Source: Candidatus Binatia bacterium
GTDB taxonomy: Bacteria; Desulfobacterota; Binatia; Bin18
Direction of reading: 5' to 3'
Assembly (NCBI GenBank): GCA_963666315.2
Contig: CAXXHG010000022.1
Coordinates: forward strand, 32,001 to 96,000
Length of the DNA: 64,000 nt
The notes below the pieces were generated by a model. The model saw nothing but the letters and a program-made list of their open reading frames with translations, was not told where the DNA came from and ran no database searches. Both the position numbers and the translations under genes were made by a program. Shown here one piece after another: positions 60,944-64,000 of this stretch. How positions within the stretch are numbered: position 1 is the first letter of the stretch; each line of letters starts with the position of its first letter.

Positions 60944-61487
60944 AGCCCTGAGCAGTACGCTAGTGCTGTGCCTGCTGGTGGTGCTGGGCGGCATCAGCAG
61001 CGTCAACGCAAAGGTTTTCTTTTCAAAAGAAGAGGCCCTGGAGATTGCGTTTCCCCACGCCCAACGAGTCGAGGCACGTAATTTTTTCTTAACCCAAGAG
61101 CAGGTCGAACAGGTGCAAACACTGGCAAAAGCCCGCCTTGACTCAAAACTGGCCACCTTTCATGTCGGCCATACAGCCGAAGAAATTCTGGGTTATGCTT
61201 TTATTGAGACCCATATCGTCCGCACCTTTCCGGAAACGTTCCTGATTGTCTTGTCACCCGAGGGCACTTTACAAAAACTCCTTGTTCTTGCTTTTTACGA
61301 GCCAGCCGAATATCAACCTCCCGAGCGCTGGCTCAAACAGTTTGACCAGAAAACGTTGAGTTCGTCGCTCCGACTTCGCCAAGACCTTCATGGCATTATG
61401 GGCTCAACCCTGACAGCCCAAGCCGTCACCAGTGGGGTACGGAAGGTTATGGCACTCTTTCAGATCCTGATTCAAGAGAAACAATAG
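60921..61487 (+). CDS. Extracytoplasmic FMN-binding domain protein
   Basis: AFYEPAEY, WLKQF, GIMGSTLT (variant of the SGAT flavinylation motif); start codon uncertain. Confidence 0.75.
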   Translation: MVLALSFRALSSTLVLCLLVVLGGISSVNAKVFFSKEEALEIAFPHAQRVEARNFFLTQEQVEQVQTLAKARLDSKLATFHVGHTAEEILGYAFIETHIVRTFPETFLIVLSPEGTLQKLLVLAFYEPAEYQPPERWLKQFDQKTLSSSLRLRQDLHGIMGSTLTAQAVTSGVRKVMALFQILIQEKQ

Positions 61488-61492
61488 GTTCT

Positions 61493-62065
61493 ATGCGTTT
61501 TGTCGTTACTGGCGAGTGGTCGAAAAACCGGCTCCTGCAACTCATTATTGTTATTTTTGTGATCTATGTCGCCGGTCTGTGGCTGACGAATGCGCTGTTG
61601 TATTTCCACAAAATGGATCTGACCTCTCTCTCCGTCACGCAATACTACCTAGGCTCAGAAGAGCTTTTTCTTCAGCCCAGGAGCTACCAAGGCATGCTCG
61701 AAGTCACACATTTTCACTTGTTTGCCATGGGCCTCTTACTCCTCACGCTCACCCACTTGATGCTGTTCGTGCCATTATCAACCAATCTCAAAGCCTGGTT
61801 CATCATCATCCCCTTTTTCTCCGCGTTGGCGGATGAAGGCAGTGGCTGGCTTGTCCGCTTTGTGCACCCGGGTTTCGCCTACCTCAAGATTGTGAGCTTT
61901 CTCGCCTTAGAAATCAGCCTTGCGGTATTAATCATTGTCACGCTGTGGGCGGTCTTTCGAGGCTCTCAGGACCAGTATCAACAGCAACCGCCTACGCGGT
62001 CTCCCAAAGACCCGCCAGGCTTAGAAAATGTCGGCCTGGGTGAGGCAAGCGAGCTGACGGAATGA
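61493..62065 (+). CDS. Four-TM membrane protein with His residues
   Basis: Hydrophobic helices, THFHLF, LTH. Confidence 0.75.
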   Translation: MRFVVTGEWSKNRLLQLIIVIFVIYVAGLWLTNALLYFHKMDLTSLSVTQYYLGSEELFLQPRSYQGMLEVTHFHLFAMGLLLLTLTHLMLFVPLSTNLKAWFIIIPFFSALADEGSGWLVRFVHPGFAYLKIVSFLALEISLAVLIIVTLWAVFRGSQDQYQQQPPTRSPKDPPGLENVGLGEASELTE

Positions 62066-63120
62066 GGCATGCTGGGGATTGGGGATTGGGGGCTGGGGAC
62101 TGGCGGACATGCATGGCTATCGTCGGTCTGGCTGTCTGCAGCCTCGTGGGTGTAGCCTCTGCCTGCGAGACCGACGGCCGCTACATCATGGGCACGGTCT
62201 TCCAGGCCACCCTGTGTCAAGATGAGACAGATGAGACAACGGGAACGCTCCGGCGTCAGCAGAGTATGCAAGACGTTTTCACTGACGTTTTCGCTACGGC
62301 ACAGCGCTTTGATGGGCTGTTCACCACCTATTCCTCAGAAAGCCCGCTTAGCCATATCAATGCCCACGCTGGACGAGGCTGGCAACAGGTTCCGGCTGAA
62401 GTCATCGATATTCTGCGCCTGTCTCAGCAGTATTCAGATCTGACGCACGGAGCGTTTGATGTCACAGTTGGCCCACTCCTCACCTTGTGGAGGCAATCGG
62501 CAACCGCGCAGGAGCCGCCAACAGCAGCGGCTATCGTCGATACCCTGCTCTCCATTGGCAGTCATAAGATTCAGTTTGGTGTCAAGGACCAGGTCAGCCT
62601 GCCCTCGCACACTATGGCCCTGGATCTGGGCGGCATAGGTAAAGGTTATGCCCTCGACCAGGCGGCGAAACAACTCCAGGAACAGGGAGTGACAAACGCT
62701 TTGCTCAACTTTGGCCAGAGTAGCCTGTGGGCACTCGGCCAGCCTCCGGGTGATACCGGCTGGCGACTGCTGCTCCGCCTACCCAACGGGGAAGCCGTTG
62801 GTGTTGCGACGTTCGGCAATCAGGCCATCTCCGTGTCCGGCAGCTTGGGCGACAGCATGGAAGTCGGCGGTCAGCGCTATGGTCATATCATCGACCCACG
62901 CACGGGGATGCCCGTGCAGCGTGATCTCCTGGCCTGCATCGTTGCCCCCAGCGCAGCCCAAGCAGAAGCATTGAGTACAGCACTGCTGACCTTAGGCGAA
63001 GGTGAAGGACTGACACTCATCGAACGGCTGGATGGAGTCGAAGGGATTTTACTAGAGGCGAACGGCCACAGGTGGATGACAACCGGGTGGCAGCAGATTA
63101 GCCATTTTGTCTCGTTTTAA
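62062..63120 (+). CDS. apbE: FAD:protein FMN transferase (ApbE family)
   Basis: MGT, GAFDVTVGPL, DLGGIGKGYALD, HIIDPRTG; true start may be downstream. Confidence 0.9.
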   Translation: MRHAGDWGLGAGDWRTCMAIVGLAVCSLVGVASACETDGRYIMGTVFQATLCQDETDETTGTLRRQQSMQDVFTDVFATAQRFDGLFTTYSSESPLSHINAHAGRGWQQVPAEVIDILRLSQQYSDLTHGAFDVTVGPLLTLWRQSATAQEPPTAAAIVDTLLSIGSHKIQFGVKDQVSLPSHTMALDLGGIGKGYALDQAAKQLQEQGVTNALLNFGQSSLWALGQPPGDTGWRLLLRLPNGEAVGVATFGNQAISVSGSLGDSMEVGGQRYGHIIDPRTGMPVQRDLLACIVAPSAAQAEALSTALLTLGEGEGLTLIERLDGVEGILLEANGHRWMTTGWQQISHFVSF

Positions 63121-63324
63121 CTATTCTGCTGTCTCCCCAGCCTGAAACTCGACCGTTGCGTGCGTGCCGTCGCAATACGGCTTATTTTTAGACTGGCCAC
63201 ATCGACACAAATACAGGGGATCTTTTTGTCCGATATACACCCCGCCTTTCTTATCAGTCAGACGTGGGTCTCCACGGACCTCATACGGACCATTTTTTAA
63301 AACGCGAATACGAACGTTCGACAT
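63121..63324 (-). CDS. CDGSH iron-sulfur domain protein
   Basis: NGPY, LCRCGQSKNKPYCDGTH. Confidence 0.9.
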   Translation of the reverse strand: MSNVRIRVLKNGPYEVRGDPRLTDKKGGVYIGQKDPLYLCRCGQSKNKPYCDGTHATVEFQAGETAE

Positions 63325-63458
63325 AGAAGGTTTTTTCTTGTGGTTATGCTGCAATTCGCGTCACAGGCGGCAGCAGGGTTTTCAGGACTAGATTTCTCAG
63401 ATCTTCCAGTATCATATAGCCGGCCGAAATCAGTACTACGGACGGGGCTTGCATATTG

Positions 63459-63483
63459 AATTGAAATTGATTATCAATTTCAT
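63459..63483. promoter_or_regulatory. Fur-box-like palindrome upstream of feoA
   Basis: tgaaattgattatcaatttca inverted repeat. Confidence 0.75.
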
Positions 63484-63542
63484 TCAGATCATACTAGAAG
63501 GGCCGATCAAGAAAATATACGGAAGTATACACGAGTACGACT

Positions 63543-63767
63543 ATGAAGACGCTGGCTGATCTCACACCAGACGAACAGGGCTGCATCCACTCTATAACAG
63601 GTGCCGACGGGCTTGCGCAGCGCTTGGCCGAGCTCGGTTTTACAACCGGCCAGACGGTTCAGGTCGTGCGTTGTGCTCCGTTTGGAGACCCGATGCAGAT
63701 CCGTATCCGCGGGTTTCACCTCGCCCTGCGGCGTCAAGAAGCGCAGCGCGTCCGTCTTGCCTTGTAA
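63543..63767 (+). CDS. feoA: Ferrous iron transport protein A
   Basis: RLAELGF, APFGDP, LALRRQEA. Confidence 0.93.
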   Translation: MKTLADLTPDEQGCIHSITGADGLAQRLAELGFTTGQTVQVVRCAPFGDPMQIRIRGFHLALRRQEAQRVRLAL

Positions 63768-63788
63768 TGAGGGGCAGTTGGATTTTTT

Positions 63789-64000
63789 ATGGCTGCCGCT
63801 ACTCTGCCTGCGGCTTCTCCGCTCGCCGAACCACCGCATACAACCCCTCCCTCTAGTAGTCGTTCCTACCGTGTTGCCGTCATCGGCAACCCAAATACGG
63901 GCAAGACGACGCTCTTTAATGCGCTTACTGGTCTCAGCCAACATACGGGGAATTATCCTGGTGTCACCGTTGAAAGTACACTCGGTAAATTCCGGCAGGA
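63789..64000 (+). CDS. feoB: Ferrous iron transport protein B (N-terminus; runs off the window)
   Basis: [20 protein letters not shown]...GNYPGVTVE. Confidence 0.93.
   Translation, partial: MAAATLPAASPLAEPPHTTPPSSSRSYRVAVIGNPNTGKTTLFNALTGLSQHTGNYPGVTVESTLGKFRQ

Overview
Bacterial chromosomal window, about 57-60% GC by eye. The gene repertoire (many luciferase-like/F420 oxidoreductases, adenylate-cyclase-AAA-TPR genes, Sel1 repeats) resembles Binatota/Tectomicrobia-type organisms; this is inference only. About 57 kb consists of two related tyrosine-recombinase islands inserted tail-to-tail around one tRNA-Arg(ACG) at 46599-46673. Island A (~243-46599) duplicates the 3' half of the tRNA. Island B (~46677-57245) unusually duplicates the 5' half, and the stranded 5' fragment carries a UCG anticodon arm. 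Each island has an integrase at the tRNA-proximal end, paired arm-type repeats, and a homologous ~190-bp leader plus the start of a class III adenylate/guanylate cyclase-AAA-TPR (AC) gene at the distal end. The cargo is a mosaic of about 45 mostly unlinked catabolic/redox enzyme genes, many decaying. Nine fragments of AC genes (none intact) sit at cargo junctions. They include a 131-bp near-perfect direct repeat of the AC 3' end around a three-gene cassette, and a breakpoint that recurs at the A-K-S-W codons. The main hypothesis is that the AC gene acts as a cassette-capture platform. Island B's integrase is fused in frame to a signal peptide plus 16 Sel1 repeats. The last 7 kb holds a secreted metalloprotease pair, tRNA-Ser(GCT), and a Fur-box-preceded porin/FMN-binding/ApbE/feoAB iron-uptake region. 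No CRISPR array or rRNA was seen.
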